From Escherichia phage vB_EcoM_DE7, in the sequence record OL825705.1: 64,000 bases of DNA, one strand, 5' to 3'. This document shows, piece by piece, positions 1-18,306 of the stretch. The number at the start of each line of letters is the position of its first letter. Positions within the stretch are counted from its first letter, which is position 1. The notes below the pieces were generated by a model. The model saw nothing but the letters and a program-made list of their open reading frames with translations, was not told the DNA's origin and ran no database searches. Both the position numbers and the translations under genes were made by a program.

Positions 1-10
1 GAACACAATA

Positions 11-388
11 ATGGCATATGAAGGTTTTACTAAGCTAGGTAAAAGAGAACCTCTGAATGATATCATTCTTTGGGAACAGATTACCCCAACAGGTCACTCT
101 CGTAAAGAGTACACTCCAGTTGCTTCAACAGAATACCGTGTAGGTGAAGTTCTGAAAGCAGATGGTACTAAAGTTGCAGCAGGGGAAGAAACTCAGGCTG
201 ATTCTGTATGTATCGTTAATTTTTATGCAGACCTGCAACTGTCTTACCACGGTCAGTTGAAAGTTGTTGGTATTTACCGCGACGCAGAACTGAAAGACAT
301 GCTTACTCTTGAGTCTGGTGTTAATGCTGAGAACGTCAAGAAAGCTCTGGCTGCTAAAGGTATTGATTTCGTACCAACTGGCCTGTAA
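11..388 (+). CDS. putative head decoration protein
   Basis: 125-aa ORF immediately upstream of the capsid-sized ORF on the same strand; call from size and position only. Confidence 0.3.
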   Translation: MAYEGFTKLGKREPLNDIILWEQITPTGHSRKEYTPVASTEYRVGEVLKADGTKVAAGEETQADSVCIVNFYADLQLSYHGQLKVVGIYRDAELKDMLTLESGVNAENVKKALAAKGIDFVPTGL

Positions 389-421
389 TAACAATAATAA
401 GACATTCTGGAGAATTTTACA

Positions 422-1525
422 ATGTTGACTAATTCTGAAAAAAGCAGATTTTTCCTTGCTGACCTGACTGGTGAAGTCCAGTCTATCCCAAATACTTATG
501 GGTATATTTCCAACTTAGGTCTGTTCCGTTCAGCACCAATCACCCAAACTACTTTCCTTATGGACTTGACTGATTGGGATGTTAGCTTGCTTGATGCAGT
601 AGACCGTGATAGCCGTAAAGCAGAGACTAGCGCACCTGAGCGTGTTCGTCAAATCAGCTTCCCAATGATGTACTTCAAAGAAGTTGAAAGCATCACTCCT
701 GATGAAATTCAGGGTGTACGTCAGCCAGGCACTGCAAACGAGCTTACTACTGAAGCTGTAGTACGTGCTAAGAAGCTGATGAAGATTCGTACCAAGTTTG
801 ATATTACTCGTGAGTTCCTGTTTATGCAAGCTCTGAAGGGTAAAGTTGTCGATGCTCGTGGTACTCTGTACGCTGACCTGTACAAGCAGTTCGATGTTGA
901 GAAGAAGACTGTTTACTTCGACCTTGACAACCCTAATGCTGATATCGACGCTTCTATTGAAGAACTGCGTATGCACATGGAAGACGAAGCGAAGACTGGC
1001 ACTGTAATCAACGGTGAAGAAATTCACGTAGTTGTTGACCGTGTGTTCTTCAGCAAGCTGACTAAACATCCTAAGATTCGTGACGCTTATCTTGCACAGC
1101 AGACTCCGCTGGCTTGGCAACAGATTACTGGTTCTCTGAGAACTGGTGGTACTGACGGCGTTCAGGCTCACATGAACACTTTCTACTACGGTGGTGTTAA
1201 GTTTGTCCAGTACAACGGTAAGTTCAAAGACAAGCGTGGTAAGGTTCACACTCTGGTGAGCATTGATGGTGCAGCAGCAACTGTTGGTGTTGGTCATGCC
1301 TTCCCTAACGTTTCTATGCTGGGTGAAGCAAACAACATCTTCGAAGTGGCTTATGGTCCATGTCCTAAGATGGGTTACGCAAATACACTTGGTCAGGAAC
1401 TGTACGTATTCGAATACGAAAAAGACCGTGACGAAGGTATTGACTTCGAAGCTCACTCTTACATGCTGCCATACTGTACTCGTCCTCAGTTGCTGGTAGA
1501 TGTTCGTGCTGACGCCAAAGACTAA
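422..1525 (+). CDS. major capsid protein
   Basis: 367-aa ORF at the head of the co-oriented structural operon, followed by neck-sized ORFs; positional and size evidence. Confidence 0.55.
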   Translation: MLTNSEKSRFFLADLTGEVQSIPNTYGYISNLGLFRSAPITQTTFLMDLTDWDVSLLDAVDRDSRKAETSAPERVRQISFPMMYFKEVESITPDEIQGVRQPGTANELTTEAVVRAKKLMKIRTKFDITREFLFMQALKGKVVDARGTLYADLYKQFDVEKKTVYFDLDNPNADIDASIEELRMHMEDEAKTGTVINGEEIHVVVDRVFFSKLTKHPKIRDAYLAQQTPLAWQQITGSLRTGGTDGVQAHMNTFYYGGVKFVQYNGKFKDKRGKVHTLVSIDGAAATVGVGHAFPNVSMLGEANNIFEVAYGPCPKMGYANTLGQELYVFEYEKDRDEGIDFEAHSYMLPYCTRPQLLVDVRADAKD

Positions 1526-1546
1526 TATTCTTAAGGAGGGTTATGA

Positions 1547-1996
1547 ATGTGTTATACAGGCGACCCAGCCAATAACCCTCTTGATAGAGTAAGAATCCTC
1601 TGCACAGACACCAATAATGATGAAATTCTTATTGAGCAGTCTGTGCTAGAGTGGTTCTATCTAGAATCTGGAAAGGATGAAAAGAAAGCAGCCATCAAAG
1701 CTCTTAAATATTTACTCTTTCAAGTAGCCAAGATGGGAGATGAGAAGGTTGGTGGTGTTTATTTACGTAACTCTTCCAGATTCAAATCTCTGAAAGCTGT
1801 TTATGATGACCTTGTTAAAAGCTCTGTTTCAGGACTGCCCTATGCAGGTGGTATTAACCAGTGCGACATTGACATGCGTCGTCAGAATCCTTGCTCTGTC
1901 AAGAAATACACAGAATATGGTGATGCTGCCAGATACGAAGGCAGAGATTACTGCAACCGTGTTAATGGCGTATTTATTATCGAGCGAGATGAATAA
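1547..1996 (+). CDS. head-tail connector/neck protein (hypothetical)
   Basis: 149-aa ORF between capsid and sheath genes, SD GGAGGG upstream. Confidence 0.25.
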   Translation: MCYTGDPANNPLDRVRILCTDTNNDEILIEQSVLEWFYLESGKDEKKAAIKALKYLLFQVAKMGDEKVGGVYLRNSSRFKSLKAVYDDLVKSSVSGLPYAGGINQCDIDMRRQNPCSVKKYTEYGDAARYEGRDYCNRVNGVFIIERDE

Positions 1997-2478
1997 TGGT
2001 TAAAAGGGTTATTCACCCCGCTAGAGCAAAATTAGTCGGGGCTATGAAGAACTTGCAAACGGCTAATGCTCAAGTTGGGTATTTTCAAGAACAAGGTCAA
2101 CATAGCTCTGGTTTTTCTTATCCTGCTTTAATGTATTTACAAGAAGTTATTGGGGTTCCTTCAGCTTCTGGTAAAGTATATCGTAGGTTGTTTGAAATCA
2201 CTATGATGCTAAACAGACAGACCTTGTTAGAGCAGACTAAGAAGAATCTATATAAGCAACTTAGCAGTCTCAACACAGACCCTTCAAATACCTTAGAAGC
2301 ATTTGCAAAGAATGCTCAAAAGGCAATTAAAAGAGGTTTTGGTAATTCTGCTATCCTCCCTCCTAACGCACCTTCCACAGTCAAGAAAAAAGGCTTTAAT
2401 GCACCTCTTGTTGAGACAGGTGACTTAAGGGAGAACCTTGCTTATAAAATTTCTACTAAGAAGGGTATTAAAAAATGA
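1996..2478 (+). CDS. head completion/neck protein (hypothetical)
   Basis: 160-aa ORF, start overlaps preceding stop; position in neck module. Confidence 0.25.
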   Translation: MVKRVIHPARAKLVGAMKNLQTANAQVGYFQEQGQHSSGFSYPALMYLQEVIGVPSASGKVYRRLFEITMMLNRQTLLEQTKKNLYKQLSSLNTDPSNTLEAFAKNAQKAIKRGFGNSAILPPNAPSTVKKKGFNAPLVETGDLRENLAYKISTKKGIKK

Positions 2479-2876
2479 GACTCTTAAATAGACACAGCTT
2501 TGTAGTAAAGCGTAAAGTCTCTGAAGACGGTTATTATAATGATGATGGTGATTGGGTAGCTTCACAAAATATTGTAGAGGTTAACTGTAAAGGTAATATC
2601 CAGCCATATATCAAAGGTTCTGTAAAGAATGGTACACAGATTGCTTTACCGGAAGGTATTAGACTTACCGATACAAGAATCCTGTATACTACATATAAAC
2701 TTAGAACTTCAGATGATGTAGAGTGGAATGAGTCTGACATTGTTATGATTGATGGTCATGAGTATGAAGTATTTATGACTATGGATTGGTCACAGCAATT
2801 AGCCCATACGTCCCATTATGAATATATCATTATTAGAAGGGATAAAATGAATGCAGTTAGAAACAGCAGAACTTGA
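2475..2876 (+). CDS. neck/tail completion protein (hypothetical)
   Basis: 133-aa ORF, ATGA overlap with upstream gene. Confidence 0.25.
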   Translation: MRLLNRHSFVVKRKVSEDGYYNDDGDWVASQNIVEVNCKGNIQPYIKGSVKNGTQIALPEGIRLTDTRILYTTYKLRTSDDVEWNESDIVMIDGHEYEVFMTMDWSQQLAHTSHYEYIIIRRDKMNAVRNSRT

Positions 2877-3450
2877 AAAAGGTCTAGTTAGAACCTTAGT
2901 GGATGTTATTGGTCACAGACTAGCTCGTGATAAGAATAATAGACCAAACGTAATTAGAGCTTACCCTTCTGATAACTCAAATGACAAAGGTTTAAAACCT
3001 GACCAGCCATTTATTACCGTATATTGTCAAGATGCTGCAACACCTTATGGTTGGGTTCTTGATAAGTTTGTTGAGGATGATGTAGTTTGCTACAGAATTG
3101 CTTTTCAGATTCCAGTGTTAATTATGGTGAATGGTAAAGGTGCTCACAGTATTATGCTTGAGCTTAAACAACGATTAGAGATGAGTTCAGTCAGAGATTT
3201 AATCCTTGAAGAAACAGGAGCTACAGTACTAGACACTGGAGCAATCCCTAATGATTATACTTATCTCAATACAGATTTCGAAAATTCTGCACCTCTTGTT
3301 GTAACTCTTGTAAAAAACTCAGTCCTGAAAGATGAGCGTGGAAGTATTATTGAGCGTGTCATTGTTGATGGTGAGTTAGTTTATGAAGAAGGACAAGAGC
3401 CACCAGAATATATTATCCATCTAGATGTAGACTCCAAAGGGGTAAAATAA
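2851..3450 (+). CDS. tail completion/sheath terminator-like protein (hypothetical)
   Basis: 199-aa ORF immediately upstream of sheath-sized ORF. Confidence 0.25.
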   Translation: MQLETAELEKGLVRTLVDVIGHRLARDKNNRPNVIRAYPSDNSNDKGLKPDQPFITVYCQDAATPYGWVLDKFVEDDVVCYRIAFQIPVLIMVNGKGAHSIMLELKQRLEMSSVRDLILEETGATVLDTGAIPNDYTYLNTDFENSAPLVVTLVKNSVLKDERGSIIERVIVDGELVYEEGQEPPEYIIHLDVDSKGVK

Positions 3451-4803
3451 ATGTGGAATCCAATTGTTAATGTAGATATTACATTGAACACCGCAGGAAC
3501 TACAAGAGAAGGTTTTGGTTTACCACTATTCTTAGCTTCAACAGATAACTTTGAAGAAAGAGTACGTGGCTACACTTCCTTAACTGAAGTTGCTGAAGAT
3601 TTCGATGAGAATACTGCTGCATATAAGGCTGCTAAACAACTTTGGAGTCAGACTCCTAAAGTAACTCAGCTTTATATTGGTAGACGTGCTATGCAGTACA
3701 CTGTATCAATTCCTGATGCCGTTACCGAAAGTACAGACTACTCGATTACTGTAGCTGCTGGCGGTGGAATTTCTCAACCATACCAGTATACAGCGCAAGA
3801 CTCAGACACTGCTGAAGTAGTGTTGCAACAGTTTAAAACACAGATTGAAGCTGACCCAACAATCAAAGATAAGGTTTCTGTGAACGTAACTGGTAGTGGT
3901 GCTTCTACCACAATGGTTATTACCAAAGCTGGTGATAATGACTTTGTGAAGGTAACAACTACAGCACAGACTGTATATATCGCAAGTACAACTGCTGATA
4001 CAGCATCAACTGCTCTGGCAGCTATTGAAGCTTATTCTACTGACTGGTATTTCATCGCAGCAGAAGACAGAACTCAACAGTTTGTCTTAGCAATGGCTTC
4101 TGAGATTCAGGCTCGTAAGAAAATCTTCTTCACTGCTAACTCTGATGTAGCAGCACTGCAAGGTACAGAATTAAACAGTGCAAATGATGTTCCAGCACAG
4201 CTTGCTAAGAACATGTACACCCGTACAGTTTGCTTGTGGCATCACACAGCAGCAGAAGACTATCCAGAGATGGCATACATTGCTTATGGTGCTCCATATG
4301 ATGCAGGGTCAATTGCTTGGGGTAATGCTCAGTTAACTGGTGTAGCTGCTTCTCTGCAGCCATCTAATCACAGACCTTTGACAAGTATTCAGAAGTCAGC
4401 TTTAGATGCACGTCACTGTAACTTTATTGACCTTGATGGTGGTGTTCCAGTGGTTCGTAGAGGGATTACTTCTGGTGGGGAATGGGTTGATATCATCCGT
4501 GGTGTTGACTGGTTAGAATCAGACCTGAAAACTTCTCTGAGAGACTTGCTAATTAACCAGAAGGGTGGTAAGATTACTTATGATGATACTGGTATTACCC
4601 GTATTCGTCAAGTCATTGAAACCTCTCTGCAAAGAGCAGTCAACAGAAACTTCCTGTCATCTTACACAGTTAATGTTCCTAAAGCCTCTCAAGTTGCTTT
4701 AGCAGACAAGAAAGCTCGTATCCTGAAAGATGTTACCTTCGCAGGTGTCTTAGCAGGTGCTATCTTGGATGTTGACTTGAAAGGTACAGTGGCTTACGAA
4801 TAA
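3451..4803 (+). CDS. tail sheath protein
   Basis: 450-aa ORF followed by a 148-aa tube-sized ORF, chaperone pair and tape measure: canonical contractile-tail gene order. Confidence 0.5.
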   Translation: MWNPIVNVDITLNTAGTTREGFGLPLFLASTDNFEERVRGYTSLTEVAEDFDENTAAYKAAKQLWSQTPKVTQLYIGRRAMQYTVSIPDAVTESTDYSITVAAGGGISQPYQYTAQDSDTAEVVLQQFKTQIEADPTIKDKVSVNVTGSGASTTMVITKAGDNDFVKVTTTAQTVYIASTTADTASTALAAIEAYSTDWYFIAAEDRTQQFVLAMASEIQARKKIFFTANSDVAALQGTELNSANDVPAQLAKNMYTRTVCLWHHTAAEDYPEMAYIAYGAPYDAGSIAWGNAQLTGVAASLQPSNHRPLTSIQKSALDARHCNFIDLDGGVPVVRRGITSGGEWVDIIRGVDWLESDLKTSLRDLLINQKGGKITYDDTGITRIRQVIETSLQRAVNRNFLSSYTVNVPKASQVALADKKARILKDVTFAGVLAGAILDVDLKGTVAYE

Positions 4804-4818
4804 TAGAGGTAAATTGGA

Positions 4819-5265
4819 ATGGCTATGTATCAGCAATATTCCCCTAAAGACGTTGTATGTAGCTGGAATGGTATTGCCATTGAAGGCTTTGCTCCAGACT
4901 CATTCTTACGTCTACAGAGAACATCACCACTTATCACACCAGTTGTTGGTGCAGGTGGTCAAGTTGCTCTGACAAGAAATGCAGACAAGACAGGTACTAT
5001 TGAGATTGAGCTAATGCAGACTTCTCTCTCTAATCAGATGCTTTCTGCAATTCAAGCTAAACAAGACAATATGGAACTTGAAGAAGATATCTCTTCTAAC
5101 TTCGTAATCTACGACCCATCAGGCTCTGTTCTGGCAACTGGTATTAACGCTTGGTTGCAGGAATTACCACAGATTGAACTTGGTCGTGACCAGAACTCTA
5201 AAACTTGGATTTTTGGTTGTGAGAAGCTAGACTACACTTCTACAATTCCAGCGTCAAGTGTTTAA
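4819..5265 (+). CDS. tail tube protein
   Basis: 148-aa ORF between sheath and chaperone genes; strong terminator after it. Confidence 0.5.
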   Translation: MAMYQQYSPKDVVCSWNGIAIEGFAPDSFLRLQRTSPLITPVVGAGGQVALTRNADKTGTIEIELMQTSLSNQMLSAIQAKQDNMELEEDISSNFVIYDPSGSVLATGINAWLQELPQIELGRDQNSKTWIFGCEKLDYTSTIPASSV

Positions 5266-5276
5266 TATATCCTATA

Positions 5277-5309
5277 AGGGGGAGACTTTAAAAGGTCTTC
5301 CCCTTTTTT
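5277..5309 (+). terminator. rho-independent terminator
   Basis: GGGGGAGAC/GTCTTCCCC stem followed by TTTTTT directly after tail tube gene. Confidence 0.6.
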
Positions 5310-5338
5310 GTTTCTTTTAAAAGTATTAAGGAATCACA

Positions 5339-5737
5339 ATGAAAACAGAATCTAGAGTAATTAATGGCAAGAAAGTAAATATCATTCTGCTTGGGGCAAG
5401 AGATGGTATTAAGATGTCTATGAAGTTGGGTAAAATTGTTGTTCCAACTTTTGCACAGATGCTATCAAGTCTGACTGATAAAGATAAGAAAGAAGCTCCA
5501 ATGGTTCCATTTAAAGAACTTGTTGAAGCTTGTTTTGACAGAATTGAAGAAATTAACCTTGAAGAAATGGCTACCCTATTATTTCAAGGGGCAACTGTTG
5601 ATGACTTCCCACTTAATATTGATACATACTTCCAAGCAAACTATGGTGAATTTATTGATTACTTAGCATTTGCGCTGGAGGCAAATTTCGGAAGTTTTTT
5701 CGAAGCAAGCATTTTCAAAAGCCTAACTTCTCAGTAA
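5339..5737 (+). CDS. tail assembly chaperone (G-like)
   Basis: 132-aa ORF directly upstream of tape measure; contains slippery T TTT TTC near its 3' end. Confidence 0.5.
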   Translation: MKTESRVINGKKVNIILLGARDGIKMSMKLGKIVVPTFAQMLSSLTDKDKKEAPMVPFKELVEACFDRIEEINLEEMATLLFQGATVDDFPLNIDTYFQANYGEFIDYLAFALEANFGSFFEASIFKSLTSQ

Positions 5738-5739
5738 AC

Positions 5740-5978
5740 ATGGGTAACACTCTACAGACACCACTAACTGATGCTGCTGTAGAGGCAACCTATGAAGAAG
5801 CAGACGAGATGAAATTTGTGCTTGCTATTTATGGTATGGAAGGGTGTAAAGAAACACTTGACCAACTCTTTGCTATGACATTCTCTGATTTATTATCATT
5901 GAGACAATTCCTTGAAATTCAGAGGTCGTATAAAGAGGAAATTGCTTACAACGAACTTAGAAGAGCAGGAAAAATGTA

Positions 5979-5979
<1 letters not shown>
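5740..5979 (+). CDS. tail assembly chaperone -1 frameshift extension (GT-like, probably expressed as fusion with 5339..5737)
   Basis: ORF in -1 frame relative to upstream chaperone; -1 frame open from 5659; heptamer T TTT TTC at 5695-5701. Confidence 0.4.
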
Positions 5980-14013
<8,034 letters not shown>

Positions 14014-14015
14014 TA

Positions 14016-15203
14016 ATGGCAGTAGGTGAAATTCAAATTAGTGCCTTGCCTCAAGCAGCCTTACCAATTGACCTTAGTGATATCTTCCATCTTAAGCAGG
14101 GTATTGAGGATAAGAGGTGTACTCTTGAGCAATTACTTGCTCCACACTCAAGCCTAAAAAATAACCCTCATGGTGTTACTAAAACACAAATTGGTTTAGA
14201 TAATGTTATTAATGCTCTTCAGTTAGTCGCTGCAAATAACTTATCAGATATTGTTAATGTAGCTGAGGCAAGAGCAAATCTACAGATTATGTCTTCAGAA
14301 GAGGTTAATAACCTTGTTCAGCAACATATCAAGGACAAGAGTAACCCACACAATACAACTAAGGCACAGGTTGGTTTAAGTAATGTTCAGAACTGGACAA
14401 CATCTAACCTGTATAATGAAGATGCAGATAAGTATGCTACAGCAAGAGCAGTAAATAATTTGTACAAGGCTGTTCAGGCTTCTTATCCAGTAGGTACTAT
14501 CCATCTTTCTATGAACTCTGCAAACCCTTCTACATACTTAATTTGTGGAGGTACTTGGGAGTTGGTTTCAAAAGGTAGGGCATTGGTTGGCTATGACTCT
14601 GATACAAGGCCAGCAGGTTCTGTATTTGGTGCTTCGACTGTCACTTTGTCAGTTAATAACATGCCTCAACACTCCCACTCTGTATCTCTTGGTGGTGGTG
14701 GTCACACTCATAATGCAACTGTTTCAATCTCAGCTTTTGATTATGGAACTAAGACTACCAACTCTTTTGACTATGGAACAAAGACCACTAACACAACTGG
14801 TAACCACAATCACGTTGGTAGTGGGTCAACAAGTGCTGCTGGTGCTCACAACCACAGATTGACTTATGAAGCAGGTGGTGGTCTGTCGGAAAGACCTGCA
14901 ATGGTTTGGTCTACAAGGAATGACCAATCGTGGTACTCATCAGATGCTGTCTGCGAAGTCGCTGGCTCGCACACCCACTCTTTTAGCGTTACCACTAATA
15001 CAACTGGTAACCATAATCATACGGTGGGTATTGGTGCTCATAGTCATACAGTTGGTATTGGTTCACATACGCACAACGGTACTGTGACAGTTTCTTCTTC
15101 TGAGCATACACATAGCGGAAACACTAATAGTGTTGGTGGTGGGCAAGCTTTCAACATTGAGCAGCCATCCTTCGTACTGTATGTATGGCAGAGAACAGCT
15201 TAA
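14016..15203 (+). CDS. tail fibre protein with His-box (HxH) repeats
   Basis: 395 aa; C-terminal SHTHS, GNHNHT, AHSHT, SHTHN, EHTHS repeats and C-terminus similar to next gene (…YVWQRTA vs …MAWVRTA). Confidence 0.55.
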   Translation: MAVGEIQISALPQAALPIDLSDIFHLKQGIEDKRCTLEQLLAPHSSLKNNPHGVTKTQIGLDNVINALQLVAANNLSDIVNVAEARANLQIMSSEEVNNLVQQHIKDKSNPHNTTKAQVGLSNVQNWTTSNLYNEDADKYATARAVNNLYKAVQASYPVGTIHLSMNSANPSTYLICGGTWELVSKGRALVGYDSDTRPAGSVFGASTVTLSVNNMPQHSHSVSLGGGGHTHNATVSISAFDYGTKTTNSFDYGTKTTNTTGNHNHVGSGSTSAAGAHNHRLTYEAGGGLSERPAMVWSTRNDQSWYSSDAVCEVAGSHTHSFSVTTNTTGNHNHTVGIGAHSHTVGIGSHTHNGTVTVSSSEHTHSGNTNSVGGGQAFNIEQPSFVLYVWQRTA

Positions 15204-15212
15204 TTTCTTTAC

Positions 15213-15233
15213 AGGGGCTTTATAGCCCCTTTT
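15213..15233 (+). terminator. rho-independent terminator
   Basis: AGGGGCT/AGCCCCT hairpin followed by TTTT after first fibre gene. Confidence 0.5.
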
Positions 15234-15249
15234 AAGAGGAAAATTTATA

Positions 15250-17625
15250 ATGGCAGATTACAAGTTGAGTGAATTAAACTCAATCGACACAATCCGTTCA
15301 GACGACCTTCTTCATGTCAGAGTTAAAAAGAGACCTGAAATGCTGGGTGATGAAGACCGTCGAATGACCTATCAAGACTTCTTAGCGTCTTTTAAACTTG
15401 AAAGATTTGTTCAGATTGCTGGTAGTAATATGACAGGTGACTTAGGGATTGTTAAGCTACTTTATGGCGGTAAGGCAGTATTTGACCCAACAGACTCTTC
15501 TGAGATTAGTATTGGGGATGTTTTAAAGACTTTTAAAATTAACGCAAATGGTCTTAAACTAACTATTGCAGATGCTTCAAGGTCGGCAACTGTTTACCAT
15601 ACTCTGAATAAACCAAGTCCTAATGAGCTTGGGATGAGAACTAATGAACAGAATGATGCAAGGTATGCAAGGCTAAGCGTTGGTAATACATTTAAAGCTA
15701 AACAGATTATCACAGTAGATGGTGAAGCATTAGCACTTAAAAATACTTCTGATATGCCATCTTTATATATTAGAGGTAAAGATTCAGGAGATAGATTAAA
15801 GTGGTACGTTGGATTTAACACAGAAAATAAACTTGGTTTATCTAATAGTGTTACTGGTACAACACTACTATTAGATGATACCGGTATTAACTCAAATAAA
15901 AATCTAAATATCACTGGTCAGGTTAAACCCTCTGATTGGTCTAACTTAGATGCTAGATATTTTACTCAGACAGTAGCTAATCAGAGATTTGCACAGTTAG
16001 CTGGGAATAACACTTTTAGTGGCACTAATACGTTTAAAAAAGATGTTATCTTTAACTCAGATGTTCCGGTTGTTCTTAAGAACTTAACAGCTAATAAACC
16101 ATTGTATATTCAGGGTAAGGATTACCAGAATACTAGTTTGTGGTTTGTTGGTAAGGGTGGAACTGGTACTGAGATTAAATTTTATAACTATGCGACTGAT
16201 ACAGTTTTAGAGTTGTCTGAGACGGCTAGATTTAATAAAACTTTGAAGGTTACTGGACAGGTTCAACCGTCTGATTGGGCTAACATTGACTCTAGATACA
16301 TTCCAGCAGCAACTTTAAGTACTCTTGCAAAAATTAATGCTAAGAATACTTTTTCTCAAGGTCAGATTATTAAGGTTGACGGAGAGGGTATTAGACTTCA
16401 GGGGGTAAATGATACTGGTGGTTTGTTCTTGCGAGGTTATACTTCTGATGGTACTAAGAAGTGGTTTATGGGTACTAATGCTTCAGGTAACTTCACTATC
16501 AGGGAGATGGTGCTAGGCACTGAACTGTCTCTTAGGGAGAACTATATCCAGTTTAATAAGAATGTAACAATTAATGGGCAGGTTCAACCATCCGACTGGG
16601 CTAACCTAGATGCTAGATACTATACAGGTTCAGCAGCAAATGCCAGATATATGTATGCGGAAAGAACTGGTGAAGGTGCTGATGAGGGTGCTATTGCTTG
16701 GAATGCTAAGACAGGAGTATATAATGTCAAGACGGGAGCCGCATCATCAAATCTTGTACTTCAGTTCTATCAGGGGTCGGGGTCTATCCCATCTACGCCA
16801 TCTGCGCAGCTAAGATTTAAATGGGCGAATGGTGGTATGTGGTATAGGACATCAAGAGATGGTAATGGCTTTGAGAAAGGTTGGTCTATGGTGTACACAA
16901 CTGCACAGAAGCCAACCCCTTCAGATATTGGTGCATATACTAAAGCAGAAACTGACCAGAAAATTGCAACAGCAATTAGTGACTCTACAGACCTGAATAA
17001 AATCTATCCAGTAGGTATTGTAACGTGGTTTAACAGTAATGTTAACCCTAATACAGCACTCCCTGGTCTAACTTGGACGTACCTGAATAATGGTGTTGGC
17101 AGAACTATTAGAATTGCAGCAGCAAATGGTTCAGATGTTGCTACAACTGGTGGTTCAGATTCTGTAACGTTATCTGTTGGTAACTTACCTTCACACACAC
17201 ACAGTTTCTCTGCTACCACTTCATCATTTGATTATGGTACGAAGGGCACTAATAGTACTGGTGGACATACTCACTCTGTAAGTGGTACAACAAGTGCTGC
17301 TGGTAACCATGCTCACCACTTAGGTCTACTATTGGTTAATGGCGGTGATGCTCAGTACGGATATACCACTATTGGTAACAGCAAGACAAGAACTCTTGAC
17401 TGGCTTGATAGAAGAGATAACAAGTTCCCTAACACTAACACAACTGGTAACCATACACACACATGGTCTGGTACTACAAGCGGTGCTGGTAACCATTCCC
17501 ACTCTGTAGGCATTGGTGCTCACAGCCACACAGTTAGTGGTAACACTGGTAGTACAGGTTCTGGTTCAGCATTTAGTGTTACTAACCAGTTCTATAAGTT
17601 AATGGCTTGGGTAAGAACTGCTTAA
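15250..17625 (+). CDS. long tail fibre protein
   Basis: 791 aa; three internal ~110-aa tandem repeats each ending GQVxPSDWxNxDxRY; C-terminal HxH boxes shared with 14016..15203. Confidence 0.6.
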   Translation: MADYKLSELNSIDTIRSDDLLHVRVKKRPEMLGDEDRRMTYQDFLASFKLERFVQIAGSNMTGDLGIVKLLYGGKAVFDPTDSSEISIGDVLKTFKINANGLKLTIADASRSATVYHTLNKPSPNELGMRTNEQNDARYARLSVGNTFKAKQIITVDGEALALKNTSDMPSLYIRGKDSGDRLKWYVGFNTENKLGLSNSVTGTTLLLDDTGINSNKNLNITGQVKPSDWSNLDARYFTQTVANQRFAQLAGNNTFSGTNTFKKDVIFNSDVPVVLKNLTANKPLYIQGKDYQNTSLWFVGKGGTGTEIKFYNYATDTVLELSETARFNKTLKVTGQVQPSDWANIDSRYIPAATLSTLAKINAKNTFSQGQIIKVDGEGIRLQGVNDTGGLFLRGYTSDGTKKWFMGTNASGNFTIREMVLGTELSLRENYIQFNKNVTINGQVQPSDWANLDARYYTGSAANARYMYAERTGEGADEGAIAWNAKTGVYNVKTGAASSNLVLQFYQGSGSIPSTPSAQLRFKWANGGMWYRTSRDGNGFEKGWSMVYTTAQKPTPSDIGAYTKAETDQKIATAISDSTDLNKIYPVGIVTWFNSNVNPNTALPGLTWTYLNNGVGRTIRIAAANGSDVATTGGSDSVTLSVGNLPSHTHSFSATTSSFDYGTKGTNSTGGHTHSVSGTTSAAGNHAHHLGLLLVNGGDAQYGYTTIGNSKTRTLDWLDRRDNKFPNTNTTGNHTHTWSGTTSGAGNHSHSVGIGAHSHTVSGNTGSTGSGSAFSVTNQFYKLMAWVRTA

Positions 17626-17632
17626 TCCCTTG

Positions 17633-17697
17633 TTGACTGATTGTTAAGATGGTGTTAATATTCTTTATGGGTATTCTCACCATCTTGGCTGATGAGG
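17633..17697 (+). promoter_or_regulatory. sigma70-like promoter (TTGACT-17-TAATAT) with overlapping 9-bp inverted repeat
   Basis: TTGACT 17633-38, TAATAT 17656-61; AAGATGGTG (17646-54) and CACCATCTT (17678-86) flank the -10. Confidence 0.4.
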
Positions 17698-17704
17698 TGA
17701 TTAA

Positions 17705-17902
17705 ATGCCTACAATCCTAGCAATTCTTCTAAAAAATCTAGGTAGCTTCTTCTGGAAACTCATTTTATCCCTTCTAAGTGAATACATGATTGAGAAAGTG
17801 TTCTTTAGGCTTGCAAGATACCTTGCGAGTAAAACAGACACACCTATTGATGATGAGTTCGTAGATAACTTAGAAAAAGCTTTTAAGGGGGAGAATAAAT
17901 GA
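17705..17902 (+). CDS. small membrane protein (possible lysis/holin-like)
   Basis: 65 aa with hydrophobic N-terminal segment, SD GAGGTGA. Confidence 0.3.
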   Translation: MPTILAILLKNLGSFFWKLILSLLSEYMIEKVFFRLARYLASKTDTPIDDEFVDNLEKAFKGENK

Positions 17903-18270
17903 AGTGGCTAGAGGAGGCTTTTAAAAATAATATTGGTGCAATTGTAGTTGGTATTCTTAGTGTTATTGGGATGTATACCACCATGCAAGTTTCGGAAGGT
18001 AAACAAGAAGTGTCTATCACAACAAAATTACAGCAGTTAGATAATTATTCCAAAAGTAATTATTCAGCTATTCGTGATTTACAGTCTGATATGAGGCTGC
18101 TTCAGCTAGGGATGGAGAACCAGAAAGTCCAGTTAGAGAATGTTAAGGGTGAGAACGCAAAACTTACTAAAACCCTTGATAAATTCTCTGACAGTGTGAA
18201 CAATCTGGCTCAATCAGTATCAGCCCTCCAAGCTATTACTGAAAAGAACACAAAGAATACTGAAAAGTAA
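17899..18270 (+). CDS. membrane-anchored coiled-coil protein
   Basis: 123 aa; N-terminal TM (IGAIVVGILSVIGMY) then heptad-rich region. Confidence 0.3.
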   Translation: MKWLEEAFKNNIGAIVVGILSVIGMYTTMQVSEGKQEVSITTKLQQLDNYSKSNYSAIRDLQSDMRLLQLGMENQKVQLENVKGENAKLTKTLDKFSDSVNNLAQSVSALQAITEKNTKNTEK

Positions 18271-18275
18271 AATTT

Positions 18276-18304
18276 AAGGCTCCTTTTTACGGGAGCCTTT
18301 TTTG
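18276..18304. terminator. bidirectional rho-independent terminator between convergent operons
   Basis: GGCTCC/GGAGCC hairpin with T-run on + strand; sits between + gene ending 18270 and - gene ending 18307. Confidence 0.6.
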
Positions 18305-18306
18305 TT

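Noticed and set aside
530-1456. Long antisense and alternative-frame ORFs inside confirmed genes (530..1456 -, 14545..15087 +, 19344..19760 +, 26730..27134 +, 28828..29277 -, 48609..49142 -, 52774..53290 -)
   Set aside because: Each lies wholly within a well-supported gene on the other strand or frame and has no SD or motif support; treated as chance ORFs of AT-rich sequence.
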